Shown: positions 21,249 to 32,107, numbered from the stretch's first letter. The stretch: 64,000 bases of DNA from Candidatus Hydrogenedentota bacterium (GCA_963668025.2 CAXXTH010000010.1:480001-544000); one strand, 5' to 3'. Translations and numbers: made by a program. The notes: generated by a model from the letters alone, not told the origin.

Positions 21249-23897
21249 TCACCGCCGTGCGTGGGCGGCGGCAATCGTGTCTTCGACGATCTCCATGAGT
21301 TGCCGGAGTTGGAACGGTTTGCGCAAACTAGCCGCTGCCCCGCACCGCATCGCATCATCCACGTCTTCTTGCCGGGAAGAGCCCATCATGGCGATCACCG
21401 GGGAGGCGTCGCCTCGATCCCGCAGTTTTGACAGTACCGCATAACTCCCATTTCCGGACAGGCGCATATCCAGGAGCACCAATTCAGGCGAGTGGGAGAT
21501 GATCTCCTCGATAGCTTGTTCGCCGCTTTCCGCGGTGAAGACCGAATATCCCCGGTCCGACAAGGCCTTGCGAAGCACATTCCGGACCGTCGAGTCGCCG
21601 TCCGCCACGAGCACGGCCCGTTCAAGCGGGTCTTTTGTTTCCTCGATGATCACGGGAATAGAGGACGGTTCAAAGGGAATAATAGGCTCTTCCGGTTCTT
21701 CGGAAACCACCGAGGGGCTTGCGGCGGGCCATACCAGCGTAAACGCGGTGCCCAGTTCAGGATCGCTCTCGGCCTCCAAGCGCCCGCTGTGCGCGCGCAT
21801 GATCTCGCGGCATACTGCTAATCCGAGGCCCGCGCCGCCACTAGACTCGCTGGCCGGTTCAAAAAGCTCCTCGATCTGATGGGCGGGAACACCGCGCCCG
21901 CTATTGGCGAAGCGCATGGAAACGGCCCGGCGATCCGGTTCCGCCCAGGTTTGGATGGTGAGGACGCCGCCGTTTTCCCGCAAATTATGTATTGCGTGCT
22001 GTACAAGATTCGTAATAGCGGTTTCCAAGAGCCGCCGGTCCGCCATAATGCGCGGCAGGCCCTCGGCGTATTTTTCAACCACGCGGACGCCTTGCGTTTC
22101 GAGTTCGCGCCGTTCTTGCACGATTAGTTCATGCACGGCGTAATTGAGTTTGCATGGCTCGGACGCAGGCGATTCCCGCCGGGCAAGATAGAGTAGATTC
22201 GCTAAGGTCAGCCGAACGGCGTTCGTATGGCGCATGACCGTTTCCAACGCCCGGCTGTCTTGCGTATCGGCTGTTTTTTCCGCGAGCCGCTCGATGTGCC
22301 CCATGGCTGCGGATAAAGGGGCTTCCATGGAACGCACGGCATGCGCGGCGAATTCGCCCACGCGCGCCAGGCGTTTCGCTTCAAGCAATTTATGTTCGAG
22401 AGCGCTTTCGCGTTGGAGCCGCACGGCCATCTCTTCGATGCGCCCCGATAAGCGTTCTTCCGCGCGCCCGCGCGCCACCGCCAATCCGCAAGCCGAAGCG
22501 AACGCCATGAGTTCCGAGAAGCTTTCGCCGCTCATATCGAATTGGCAGGCCGTGGCGTCGAATAGGATTTGCCCATAACAGCGGTCGCCCGCCAGCATCG
22601 GAGCCGCGACCAGCCCTTCCCATTGGGCGATTTCCCGCATGCCTGCGCCCGCCCAGCCTGCTTGATCCAATCCCATGCCCAAGGCCTGCAACGCGCGCAG
22701 CACGGGCGCTTCGCCAGATTCCATGCCCGCCATGGCGGCGCGGTCCAGCGGCACGACTTGCTTGGCGAGCGGCACTCGAGGGTTTGCCCACGTGGCGAGA
22801 TACAACTCCTGGTTCAGGGCGTCCACGATGCAGCAAATCCCAGGGGAAACCCCGAGTCCGTCTCGAATGGATGCGGCCAGGATTTCGAGCATTTCATCGA
22901 GCGCGAGGCCAGGATGTAATTGCTGGTTCATCTGATTCAGTGCGTGCAAACGGCGCACTTGCCGCCGCACCGCCACTGTTTCATCTTCTGTCCGGGTTTG
23001 GGATTCAAGGGCTTCAATTGCCGCAGCGCGCAGTGCGTCTTGCAGGCCATCGAGGCTGCTTCGATCCAGCGCAAAAGAGCTGATCCGCCCGCGCACGGCT
23101 TCCGCAGCCGCCTTGCGGATCTGTTCCGCATCTTCCCCGTTGAGTTTAAGGCGCAGCAGGAGCCCTTCGGGCAGCGCGGCCAGCGATGGCGGCGCTTCCA
23201 TACGCTCGCCAGGCCGGGGCGCAAGGGCGTCCGACAACATAGCCACATCCAGCAGGTGTCCGCCATCCGGCGGACCTTCCATTTGGCCGGGTGCGTGATG
23301 ATGCAGCCATATGGCTTCCACGAGAGGTTCGGGCAATCGCCAGCGTTCGGCCAGCCATTTCCCCGCCAGGGTGTGGCTGCATTCATTCTCATAATCGGTG
23401 AATAAGGCGCTCCCGCCACCTACGCTATACAGCGCCAAGCGCCCCAAATCATGAAGGAGCCCGGCCAGGTAGGCTTCATGCGGCGCGGCGCATCCGGTGC
23501 GCTCCGCAATCAAGCGGCAGCAGGCCGCACTGAATAATGACTCGCGCCATAAGCCGTCCACTTCAGAGTCCAACGCTTGCGTCTGATCGAACCGGTTCGC
23601 CATGGCCATGCGCAGCAGCAACGTGCGCAAGCGCGCCATGCCGATGCGTTCAAGGACCGCCTGCGGCGATGGTATCGTGGATGGCGCGGCATAGGAAGAC
23701 GGGCGGGAAACATATAACATATAGGCCCCGAGGCCCGGATCGCTGAATACCAACTGCGCCACGGAAGCCGGATTCGGCGCAATATCACTCAGTGCGCTGA
23801 GCGTTTTGCTCAACACATACGGATGCACGGGCAGCTCGCGCAACTGTTCGAGCCGCCGTTTGATGCTTTGCCGTTCCATACCGCTACCTCTCAACAA
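21249..23897 (-). CDS. HDOD + GAF-like + degenerate histidine kinase + receiver hybrid protein
   Basis: HDOD (LPVHP, AYLAGLLHDLG, WRLP..AIWLHH), HATPase-like GAGLGL, receiver LLDMRL...LRKPF; the H-box histidine is replaced. The start is probably at 23879. Confidence 0.85.
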   Translation of the reverse strand: MLRGSGMERQSIKRRLEQLRELPVHPYVLSKTLSALSDIAPNPASVAQLVFSDPGLGAYMLYVSRPSSYAAPSTIPSPQAVLERIGMARLRTLLLRMAMANRFDQTQALDSEVDGLWRESLFSAACCRLIAERTGCAAPHEAYLAGLLHDLGRLALYSVGGGSALFTDYENECSHTLAGKWLAERWRLPEPLVEAIWLHHHAPGQMEGPPDGGHLLDVAMLSDALAPRPGERMEAPPSLAALPEGLLLRLKLNGEDAEQIRKAAAEAVRGRISSFALDRSSLDGLQDALRAAAIEALESQTRTEDETVAVRRQVRRLHALNQMNQQLHPGLALDEMLEILAASIRDGLGVSPGICCIVDALNQELYLATWANPRVPLAKQVVPLDRAAMAGMESGEAPVLRALQALGMGLDQAGWAGAGMREIAQWEGLVAAPMLAGDRCYGQILFDATACQFDMSGESFSELMAFASACGLAVARGRAEERLSGRIEEMAVRLQRESALEHKLLEAKRLARVGEFAAHAVRSMEAPLSAAMGHIERLAEKTADTQDSRALETVMRHTNAVRLTLANLLYLARRESPASEPCKLNYAVHELIVQERRELETQGVRVVEKYAEGLPRIMADRRLLETAITNLVQHAIHNLRENGGVLTIQTWAEPDRRAVSMRFANSGRGVPAHQIEELFEPASESSGGAGLGLAVCREIMRAHSGRLEAESDPELGTAFTLVWPAASPSVVSEEPEEPIIPFEPSSIPVIIEETKDPLERAVLVADGDSTVRNVLRKALSDRGYSVFTAESGEQAIEEIISHSPELVLLDMRLSGNGSYAVLSKLRDRGDASPVIAMMGSSRQEDVDDAMRCGAAASLRKPFQLRQLMEIVEDTIAAAHARR

Positions 23898-23927
23898 ATA
23901 GGCGGATTACAGAGATTTGCTATTCCC

Positions 23928-23996
23928 GTAGCATGGGCGTCCCGCCCATGTAGCTTTGGCTCTAGCACGTGCATCATGGGCGGGACGCCCATGTAC
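23928..23996. repeat. GTAG-family REP doublet (REPIN-like)
   Basis: GTAGCATGGGCGTCCCGCCCATG (23928-23950) and an inverted copy (23975-23996); the same unit occurs at 32633-32702. Confidence 0.8.
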
Positions 23997-24118
23997 GGAA
24001 AATTCTTTTAACTCGCGGCCACAAAATCCGTATTACGAATTGCGGCTTGCCCACGCTACGCATATTCGAGTCTAAGTGGGCCGCGCGGTTTTGTCAATGA
24101 AGAAACCGTAAACGGGGA

Positions 24119-25105
24119 TTACTTAATCACCCTCAAGACTTCCTCGAACGTCTCGCAGAAATGGCTACACAATTCCTGGGCGCCACTCTGCCGGATATTG
24201 CCGCCGCCAAATCCAATAGTAGGGAAGCCCGCCAGCCGAATCGAACACACGCCCGCGCCGCTATCCTCGATGCCCACCACGTGGTTGCGCTGGGCGAATT
24301 CGATGCCGAGGCCCACGCGCGCCGTTTCGGCGTAGAGCCAAGGATGGGGCTTGGGCGACAATTCGCCCAGCGTGCCCACCTCGCCCCTGCGCAACGGGAA
24401 ACCGGCGGTAATCGCGGCGTCGTAGAATGCCTTCGGGTCGCCCATATCGAGCGTGCGGAAAGCGGAAAGAATCTCCGGCCAGGCCTTTTCATAGAGTCCG
24501 GAAGTGACCACGCCGATCTTAATATTCATGGCCTTGAGTTCGTATAAAAACTCTTTCAACCCTGGCGATGGCGTGAATGCGTTCTCGCGGCCCCGGCCCG
24601 CCATGATCTCCGCCAATTCATAATGGGTATGCTGGAAATAGCACGTGCGGGCTTCCTCGACCGTCTTGGCCGGGCAATATTTGTTGATACAGTACTTGAG
24701 ATGCTCCGATACGCTGTGCCCGGCGACATACGGCAAGTCCGCCTCTTCGAGTTCAAAACGAGGGTCGCCGAGCAGGCTGGAAGTGGTTTTTTGCATGATC
24801 CACACCCAGAATTCCTCACTGCGCACGCTGGTGCCATCCAGGTCCATCAAGACGGCTTTCACCGGTTTCTCGAGCCGCACCGGGTGGACTGGGTAATACG
24901 CCGGATAGCCCATGGCGCTGGTGACATACGCCAGCGAATGGGACTCGAAGGCGATGAACTCGACCTTCTTGTCGCCGGTGGCGGTGATGGATTTCACGCC
25001 ATCCACACCCACGCGGAACATCCCATCGCTGCATTGTTCGAGTGGCGTAAATCCCGATTGATCCGAGATTTCGCCAATCCCTGGAATATCGACTAAGACA
25101 CCCAT
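24119..25105 (-). CDS. HAD-superfamily phosphatase (beta-PGM-like) with N-terminal extension
   Basis: MDLDGT, VTSG, PKPHP and IEDS motifs; RBS GGGAGG before ATG 25105. Confidence 0.85.
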   Translation of the reverse strand: MGVLVDIPGIGEISDQSGFTPLEQCSDGMFRVGVDGVKSITATGDKKVEFIAFESHSLAYVTSAMGYPAYYPVHPVRLEKPVKAVLMDLDGTSVRSEEFWVWIMQKTTSSLLGDPRFELEEADLPYVAGHSVSEHLKYCINKYCPAKTVEEARTCYFQHTHYELAEIMAGRGRENAFTPSPGLKEFLYELKAMNIKIGVVTSGLYEKAWPEILSAFRTLDMGDPKAFYDAAITAGFPLRRGEVGTLGELSPKPHPWLYAETARVGLGIEFAQRNHVVGIEDSGAGVCSIRLAGFPTIGFGGGNIRQSGAQELCSHFCETFEEVLRVIK

Positions 25106-25180
25106 AGAGCCTCCCGAGGACCGTTTTCGTGAAAGATTGGGAAATAGGGAATAAACGCTGCCGCACACTATCCGGGGAGT

Positions 25181-26770
25181 CTAGCGTATCGGCTCCTCCA
25201 TGGGCAACCTGATGGTCCATATGGAAAATGGCCCGGAGATGTGGTCGAGGACATAGGGTGGCGTTTTCACGCCTAGAAAGCCCAGTTGGCGCTCGGGCTC
25301 CTGGCCAAATCCCACCACGCATACGCGGAGCTGGCCTGCATCGAGCCGTTCTTGCAGCTCCGTGTACCGCGCATCGCCCGATTCATACGCGATGGCGGCG
25401 GCGTGATGCAGGGGAACGGCTGCGCGTTCGGGGAACATATTGGCCAAGGTGGTGTCCGTGGTGAAAAACAATCCATCTGGCTCCTGGATGAGCGACTGCC
25501 GCAGCCATTGCGCCACGGGTGTCCGAGTCGAAAACAAATCACGATGGAGTGGGTAATCCCGTTGAAGCTGCACCGCCATGGGCGGCAGCCAGCACAGTAC
25601 GAGCGCGGCCAGGGCGCATCCGAGGGCGCGGCGCATGGCGGGCGTGCTGGCATTAAAGCTTTCGTGTAACAGTCCGGCAAGGGCGGCGAGTGCAATAGCC
25701 AGAAAATCGTTGAAATAGTGGTAGGCCGAACCTGCCCGGAGCGACGTGGCCGCCGCGAACAAGAACGCAAATCCGAGCGCAAAGGCCAAAAAATGGCGCG
25801 GTAAACCGGCTTCCGGGCGTAGCCATGCACCCACGGCCAGCATACATCCAAAGAGCACGAATCCGAGTCCGTGTTCCATGAACAACGGACGGTAGACTTT
25901 TTCCCATGCGTTGCCAAGGTCCAGTCCGGCATGCGCCGATATGCCGGTATTTTGCCAGGCGGCGCTTCCAAATAGGATGGCCTTTACGGCGATGGCCAGC
26001 AGCAAACAGGCCGCGCATGCGCCCGAGAACAAGAAGAAACGCCGCCAGCTCTTCGTAAGAAGCAAGAAAAGCCATGCCATGGCGATTACTTGAATGCCGG
26101 TCTGTTTGGCAAAGAACGCCAGCACGCCCATGCCGGCCGCAAGGATGATCCACCTGTCCGAGGCGCGTGGACGCGGGGTATTCAACGATGCTGCCGTGGC
26201 GCACCAGGATGCGGCGGTGCAGCAATTCAGGAGTGCGTCGGGCCTCGCAAGAAAGCCCCACGGGGCTTGCAAGACCAACAAGGCGGAACAGGCGATACCA
26301 GCCAGGGCCGGGGCCACACGCAGGACGCGTGTGCAGAAGAGGTAAAGCAGCGCGAGCAGGGCCAACTCGAGCGCCAACGAGATGCTTCGGCCCAATCGAG
26401 TGACGGCTTCGGCATCGCCGGGTTCGATGCCCGCCACGCGTGAAAGTGCAAAAACGGCATACGGATACACAAAGCTGTGTTCCGTGATGTCGTAGTAGAG
26501 TTTTTCGGGGTCCGTGTACATTGGCCTGCCCAGGAGCAGTTTTTGCACCGAATACACGAAGCTGGGCTCGACACCCCGGATGTCGGCCACATCGCTGGCG
26601 GCCATACGGACGCCCAAGGCCGATACCAACGCCGCGCACGCCAGTGCGATAATGCAGGCCGCCATCGGCGCAAAGTCCAGCAAGCGGCCAAGCGGAAGCC
26701 AAAGAACGCGCCAGGCGCTATCTGGCCAATGATCCCTGGAAGGCTCACTTCTCTCTTGGGGGTCGTCCAT
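25181..26770 (-). CDS. Multi-pass membrane protein, GT-C glycosyltransferase-like
   Basis: About 11 hydrophobic segments; ARPD and FFAKQT motifs like those of membrane glycosyltransferase-like proteins. Confidence 0.65.
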   Translation of the reverse strand: MDDPQERSEPSRDHWPDSAWRVLWLPLGRLLDFAPMAACIIALACAALVSALGVRMAASDVADIRGVEPSFVYSVQKLLLGRPMYTDPEKLYYDITEHSFVYPYAVFALSRVAGIEPGDAEAVTRLGRSISLALELALLALLYLFCTRVLRVAPALAGIACSALLVLQAPWGFLARPDALLNCCTAASWCATAASLNTPRPRASDRWIILAAGMGVLAFFAKQTGIQVIAMAWLFLLLTKSWRRFFLFSGACAACLLLAIAVKAILFGSAAWQNTGISAHAGLDLGNAWEKVYRPLFMEHGLGFVLFGCMLAVGAWLRPEAGLPRHFLAFALGFAFLFAAATSLRAGSAYHYFNDFLAIALAALAGLLHESFNASTPAMRRALGCALAALVLCWLPPMAVQLQRDYPLHRDLFSTRTPVAQWLRQSLIQEPDGLFFTTDTTLANMFPERAAVPLHHAAAIAYESGDARYTELQERLDAGQLRVCVVGFGQEPERQLGFLGVKTPPYVLDHISGPFSIWTIRLPMEEPIR

Positions 26771-26776
26771 GTTCTA

Positions 26777-26809
26777 CCCCAAACCCCAAACCCTAGACCC
26801 TAGACCCTA
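26777..26809 (-). repeat. Heptamer tandem repeat / G-quadruplex-forming motif
   Basis: Minus strand TAGGGTCTAGGGTCTAGGGTTTGGGGTTTGGGG: five G-runs with period 7. Confidence 0.7.
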
Positions 26810-28000
26810 CTCCACAATATCCTTGCTCACCACTTCACCCGGCAGCGTCGAGGTGTTCGGCCACAGCTTCCGTCCCGGATAGATGTCGGTGTGGATGCCT
26901 GTATGGACGCCGTCCGCAATGATCGCGCCTAGTTTGCGGCGGCCAGTGTCGATCTTTTCGCCTTTGATGATGGAATGGACATGCAGGCCGTCATGGCGCA
27001 AATTGGCCGTGATCGTGCCTGCTCCGAGATTGCTTCCCGCTCCGATGATGCTGTCGCCCACATAACTCAGGTGCGGCGCCGCGGCGCCGTCCATGAGGAT
27101 GCTGTTCTTGATTTCGACGGCATGCCCCACATGGCATTTATTTCCGATGGTCGCGCCAGGCCGCAGCCAGCAATTGGGGCCAATGGCGCAGTTTTCGCCG
27201 ATGTAGACCGGGCCGTCGATCACAACGCCAGAGCGGATGACGCTGCCTTTGCCGATCACGACCGCGCCATTGATATGGGCCGCAGGGCTTACTTCGCCTT
27301 CGATGCGCCGCTCGATGGTTTTGAGCAGCACTTCGTTTGCGTCGAGCAAATGCCATGGATACCCAATGGGCAGCCAATACCCTTCTTGCTCGACCACGCG
27401 GAACTCGGACTGCTCCGCGAAGGTCTGGATGGCGCTCGTGATCTCGATCTCGCCCCGTTCGCTGGGGGCTGTTTGTTTGAGGATCTCGAATATCTCCGGG
27501 GTGAACCGGTATGCGCCGATATTGGCGATGTTCGAAAACACTTCTTTCGGCTTTTCGACCAGGCGCACGACCCGCCCGCTGGCGTCCACTTCATAAATGC
27601 CATACAGGCGTGGGTCTTCCACATGCCTCACCAGCGCGGCGCTCTCCGCTGCCGCCAGGCGGCGGAGATCTTTCGGATCATACAGGTCGTCCCCGTTTAG
27701 CGCCAGGAAAGGCTCCTGCACATGCTCGTTGCATTGCAAGATCGCATGGCCGGTCCCCAGTTGTTCTTTTTGTTCCACATAGGTAATGCGCATGCCCTTA
27801 TACGAAGAGCCAAACGCTTCTATGATCATCTCCTTCCGATATCCCACCACCAGTATTGCTTCATCCGCCAGCCCCAGCAGCGCGTCAAGCTGATGGCACA
27901 ACATAGGCCGTGTGAGCAGCGGCAATAGCGGCTTGGGCCGCGTCAAGGTGAGAGGATACGTCCGGGTCGATTTTCCCGCCGCCATGATGATTACTTTCAT
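26807..28000 (-). CDS. Bifunctional sugar-1-phosphate nucleotidyltransferase/acetyltransferase (archaeal GlmU-like)
   Basis: MKVIIMAAGKSTRTYPLT..RPKPLL, QLGTGHA, NGDD, VEKP, SERGEIEIT; hexapeptide repeats, EIKNS, HLSYVGDS, GRRKLGA. Confidence 0.88.
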   Translation of the reverse strand: MKVIIMAAGKSTRTYPLTLTRPKPLLPLLTRPMLCHQLDALLGLADEAILVVGYRKEMIIEAFGSSYKGMRITYVEQKEQLGTGHAILQCNEHVQEPFLALNGDDLYDPKDLRRLAAAESAALVRHVEDPRLYGIYEVDASGRVVRLVEKPKEVFSNIANIGAYRFTPEIFEILKQTAPSERGEIEITSAIQTFAEQSEFRVVEQEGYWLPIGYPWHLLDANEVLLKTIERRIEGEVSPAAHINGAVVIGKGSVIRSGVVIDGPVYIGENCAIGPNCWLRPGATIGNKCHVGHAVEIKNSILMDGAAAPHLSYVGDSIIGAGSNLGAGTITANLRHDGLHVHSIIKGEKIDTGRRKLGAIIADGVHTGIHTDIYPGRKLWPNTSTLPGEVVSKDIVE

Positions 28001-28097
28001 CTCGATTCTCCTGTTTTGAGTGCGGTGAAAAGAGATGATAGCGAAACCGGCTGAAGAACAACAAGAGGAAGGCCACCGCGTTTTCCGGGTCTCCGGC

Positions 28098-30728
28098 TCA
28101 ACGAACGCAGTAAAGGCAGCCGTCCTGGCCTTGGAGCAGAATCGAGGCTTGCCCATCCCCTGTAACATCGGCTATGGCCGGTGCTCCGATGTAGCTGGGG
28201 AGTTGCAGCCGCCAGAGAACGGCTCCGGCATCGCCCGCGGCAGAAGCGCCCACGCAGTAAAGCCACGTGGCGGATGTGAAGAGGGCTTCATCGCGCCCGT
28301 CGCCGTTGATGTCCGCCGAGGCGGAGTGCCATGCAGCGCCTTTTGTCGTCTCTGGAGTTTGCATTCGCCATAGACGCTTTCCCGTGGCCGTGTCGTAGCA
28401 ACGAAGGCCATCCGCTGCCCCGAACACCATCGCTTCCATCCGACCGGCGGCATCGAAACGCCCGACGGCGGGGTATACGAAGCCATTTTCGTCCAACGAT
28501 TCCCACCAGACAAGTTTCATGTCAGGGCGCGCGACAAGGTTAAGCGCGCCTTTGGTGGAGGCGAAAAAGAGTGTGGAGAGGCCGTTGTTTTCGAAGTCGC
28601 CCGCGATGGGCGCGCCCCAGTACACGGGCTTCATGGGGATTTCGTCCCAGGATGCGTCTTTGGCGATGATGTCCGCGCCGGTAGTCCCCTTCAGGATGTA
28701 GAATAAACTCGGATGGAAAGATGCGGCGTCATCCAGGCCGTCACCGTCAAAATCAGCCACGGCGAAAATTTGCCCGCCTACGCCGCGTCCGCTGATTTGC
28801 CTGTCGCGATGCCAGAGCTCGCGGCCATCACGGCCGGAAAGCAAATAGGTCTCCTCCGTGTGCATGATGGTGCGGCGCACCGTGACCAGCACATCGCTGC
28901 GTTGGAGATTGGTAAAGTGGCCCGCCTGCCAGTAGATAATCCCGCCGGTATTCCAAACGGGCGCTGTCCCAGGAATCCGTGGAAAATCGTGGCGCCACAG
29001 TTCCTGTCCATCCAAATTCGCCGCGATGAAGCGGCCGTGGCCCTCGGGAGAAGAGGTGGCATACAAGACCTGGCGGCCGCCGCCGCCCTTCAGGTCAGCG
29101 CCGACGAAGCCCAGCGTGGAAGGCCAGTCGCCGGTTTGTCCACGTCCCGGGAAGCGGCGCAGTTCCTCCGGTTCGGCGTCGTTCGGGGATACGCGCAACA
29201 TCACGCACGTCTCGTCTGAGCCTTGGGCGGCAATTACTGCTGGGGCTCCCTGTTCACGCAGCACGATGGGCGGCGGCGGATAGGGAATGCCGCGAGGAGT
29301 CGAGGCTAATTTTATTAACGAAGCCTTTCTAGGCGCAGGGTCCGTGACGGCGGACGGCGGGCATGTCGCGCGGAAAAGGACATCGCCCTCTGCATCAAGT
29401 GCGAGGCCAGACAACTGCGGGGCTGTTACCGAGGCGATGGAATCGAACTTGCCAGAACCAAAACGCACGACATCGAGCGCGCACTGGTTTTCGGGCGCGC
29501 GCCGCCGGACGACGAAGGCCGCGCTATCGGCGACGGGGCGGCAGAGCACATCTTCGCGTCCACGGGTGGCGGCGGTGTTGATGTGAACCGGCGCCGGCGG
29601 CTCCCAAATCTGCCACGCGGCCTGCTTCCGTTGCCACAAAACTTTCCCGCCTTTTCCTTTGAGGCTGCGGATGCGGATGGTGGCGTATTCGGGTACATGC
29701 ACATCGTGCGTAGCAGCCGTGAATAGGTCGTCTGCGCCGTCGCCGTTTACGTCTGATACCCCTTGCAAGATCTCATCGCCAAAATCGGCCTTAACGGCGC
29801 CCGTCATACCGTCGAATACAAGCAAATGCCAGCGGCGGTCTCCCGAATCGTTAAAAATGCTCACCAGCACCTCCTTCCGGCCGTCGCCATCTGCATCGGC
29901 CACGGCGCGGCAGTACGCGCGGAGCATTTTCTGGGGATTATCGAGCGTAAGCTCAACCTCCCGCCGCCATAGCAGGCTCAATTTCCCCTCCCGCCATCCC
30001 AGTACGTCTATGTGCTTTGCGAAGTCGGCCAGGACGACGAATTCCGAGCTCCCGCCGCCATCAAGGTCTTCGGCGTATAGAGCGCCGTAACTGCGTCCTT
30101 CCGTGAACTTGCATCGCTCCTCGAGCTTTCCGGTCCGCGCATCGAACACGAGCAGCTCGTGCCAGGGCAGGAGCGCGACCTCGGGATTTCCGTCGTTATC
30201 AAAGTCGCCAGCCACCGGCAGCGGCTGGAACAACAACTCGATGGGTTCCGTTTGCCAGACTTGCGTCCATTGGCCCGCTCTCCACGCAAAACACCGGCCA
30301 ACGCAGCTCAGCCACTGGTTGTTGATCTGGGGCTTGTCGAAACCGCTCTCGAATTCGAGCTTCTCGAGCCCCGGCGCATCCGCGAAGACATCATAGTATG
30401 TGACAGTGGTGCTGTTCTGCACAGGCGTGAGCTGGCCCGCGATCTCTCCCTCGGGCGCAACCAGGCCCCATCGTGCGTCCACGGCAGTTGGTGGCGAGGC
30501 CGGAGCGGCGGGCGTGGATTCTGGCCGGAGGACGTAGTCGGTATCGGTTACACCGATGAATTTCTTCCACACGATATGGGGTGCTTGTACGATAGCGCCC
30601 TTGATGGCCGTTCGGCCGTCAACGCTCGGGTTCGCGCGGTAACAAGGCCATTCGCCCAGCCCTGGGAAGGCACCGGGAGCGGCGCTCAAAACAGATAGAA
30701 AGATGAACATGCCCATGGTTGCCATCAT
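28098..30728 (-). CDS. Secreted FG-GAP/VCBS-repeat beta-propeller protein
   Basis: Signal peptide; many DxDxDGxxE motifs (DFDNDGNPE, DADGDGRKE, DFDGDGLDD, DINGDGRDE). Confidence 0.8.
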   Translation of the reverse strand: MMATMGMFIFLSVLSAAPGAFPGLGEWPCYRANPSVDGRTAIKGAIVQAPHIVWKKFIGVTDTDYVLRPESTPAAPASPPTAVDARWGLVAPEGEIAGQLTPVQNSTTVTYYDVFADAPGLEKLEFESGFDKPQINNQWLSCVGRCFAWRAGQWTQVWQTEPIELLFQPLPVAGDFDNDGNPEVALLPWHELLVFDARTGKLEERCKFTEGRSYGALYAEDLDGGGSSEFVVLADFAKHIDVLGWREGKLSLLWRREVELTLDNPQKMLRAYCRAVADADGDGRKEVLVSIFNDSGDRRWHLLVFDGMTGAVKADFGDEILQGVSDVNGDGADDLFTAATHDVHVPEYATIRIRSLKGKGGKVLWQRKQAAWQIWEPPAPVHINTAATRGREDVLCRPVADSAAFVVRRRAPENQCALDVVRFGSGKFDSIASVTAPQLSGLALDAEGDVLFRATCPPSAVTDPAPRKASLIKLASTPRGIPYPPPPIVLREQGAPAVIAAQGSDETCVMLRVSPNDAEPEELRRFPGRGQTGDWPSTLGFVGADLKGGGGRQVLYATSSPEGHGRFIAANLDGQELWRHDFPRIPGTAPVWNTGGIIYWQAGHFTNLQRSDVLVTVRRTIMHTEETYLLSGRDGRELWHRDRQISGRGVGGQIFAVADFDGDGLDDAASFHPSLFYILKGTTGADIIAKDASWDEIPMKPVYWGAPIAGDFENNGLSTLFFASTKGALNLVARPDMKLVWWESLDENGFVYPAVGRFDAAGRMEAMVFGAADGLRCYDTATGKRLWRMQTPETTKGAAWHSASADINGDGRDEALFTSATWLYCVGASAAGDAGAVLWRLQLPSYIGAPAIADVTGDGQASILLQGQDGCLYCVR

Positions 30729-30820
30729 GGATCGTTACACTCCTTGATGTTGAATGCCCAGAATTGCATCACGAAGAGCGGCGGCGGGCCAGGCAGAGAA
30801 TCGCATTAAGAACAATTCCG

Positions 30821-30895
30821 AATTGGCCTCAAGAGGCGCAAAAGACGCAAGAATCCATTCGTTTTTGTGTCCTTTGCGCCTTTTGTGGCTCATTC
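30821..30895. repeat. Paired three-box periodic inverted arms (GCC/GCAAAA type)
   Basis: AATTGGCCTCAAGAGGCGCAAAAGACGCAAGAA ... TTTTTGTGTCCTTTGCGCCTTTTGTGGCTCATT; a related arm lies at 44993-45025. Confidence 0.7.
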
Positions 30896-31231
30896 TCCGG
30901 AAATGTGGGGAGTGGTGTTCCAGATATGTTTGGACAAACAAACACAAATGCTCTGGTAAGAATGAAAAGCATAGCTTTTTTCATGCGATTGTCCTCGCGG
31001 GCCAGGTTTTTGAAACAACGCCTCGCGCCTGTTACAGTTAAGCTGGCTAGAAAATGTGAAACTTCCAAGCAACAATAAAACTGCTATAGCATATTTCAAT
31101 CCGTTTCCTGTCGAATGATGGAGGCAAGCTCAATAGGTGAGCCAGCCTCTTTGCGGAAATCGGCGTCATGAACATGGCAATCCGGGCGAACAGCCCCAAA
31201 TTAACGGAACCGGCTCGTTAGGAAACCAATC

Positions 31232-31936
31232 ATGCCAAAGCCTATTATCACCAGCAAACGGCACCAACCGCAGGGGCTCGATATTCTGTACGAAGATAGA
31301 GATATCCTCGTCGCGGATAAAGTTCCAGGCCTGTTGACGATTGCAACGGACAAGAAGGATATCCAGACCGCCTATTTCCGGTTGTTGGACTATGTCCGGA
31401 AAGGTAATTCCAAGTGCCGGAACCGCGTCTTCATCGTTCACCGGTTGGATCGGGACGTGTCCGGGATCATCGTTTTCGCGAAGACGGGCGAAGCCAAGCA
31501 GCACCTCCAGGATCATTGGGATGAGACGGAGAAGAAGTATCTTGCCGTGGTGCATGGCAAGATGGCGAATCCATCGGGAACGATCTCGACATATCTGGCG
31601 GAAAACCTGGCCCATTTCATGTATTCCACGCCCGACCCCAAAAAGGGGAAACTGTCCCACACCGCCTACCGGGTTCTCAAAGAGACGAAGGATTTCTCAT
31701 TGTTGGAGATCACCCTTCTTACAGGCAGAAAGAACCAGATCCGGGTCCATTTAGCGGAGAGTGGCAACCCGATTGTCGGAGACAAAAAGTACGGCGAGAA
31801 AGACAAGGAGCACCGCCGCCTGGCTCTCCATGCCTATTCGCTTTCCTTCACCCATCCCTACAGCGGAAAGCTTCTCACGTTCGAGACGCAGATTCCAGGA
31901 TATTTCAGCAGGCTGGTTGGCGGCGTGGAGCCGTAA
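31232..31936 (+). CDS. RluA-family RNA pseudouridine synthase
   Basis: ILYED, DKVPGLL, VHRLDRDVSG, TGRKNQIRVHL, PIVGDKKYG, LALHA. Confidence 0.92.
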   Translation: MPKPIITSKRHQPQGLDILYEDRDILVADKVPGLLTIATDKKDIQTAYFRLLDYVRKGNSKCRNRVFIVHRLDRDVSGIIVFAKTGEAKQHLQDHWDETEKKYLAVVHGKMANPSGTISTYLAENLAHFMYSTPDPKKGKLSHTAYRVLKETKDFSLLEITLLTGRKNQIRVHLAESGNPIVGDKKYGEKDKEHRRLALHAYSLSFTHPYSGKLLTFETQIPGYFSRLVGGVEP

Positions 31937-32107
31937 GCGATATTGGCGGTTGCGCGAGCCAAAAGAAAGCTCGAGCTTGGTTGCGGCCTCGATTCATTGT
32001 GTTTATTTCATATTTGTCGTTTGGATGGCGATAAATTGGATTCCAGCATATGGATTCTGATACACCTTTGCATGATCCATGGCTTGAATCTGTTCTGCTA
32101 ATGGGGT

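Noticed and set aside
31180-31231. attC-like site (…GAAC…CGTTAGG) before the RluA gene
   Set aside because: No convincing R''/L''/L'/R' complementarity, no second site and no integrase.
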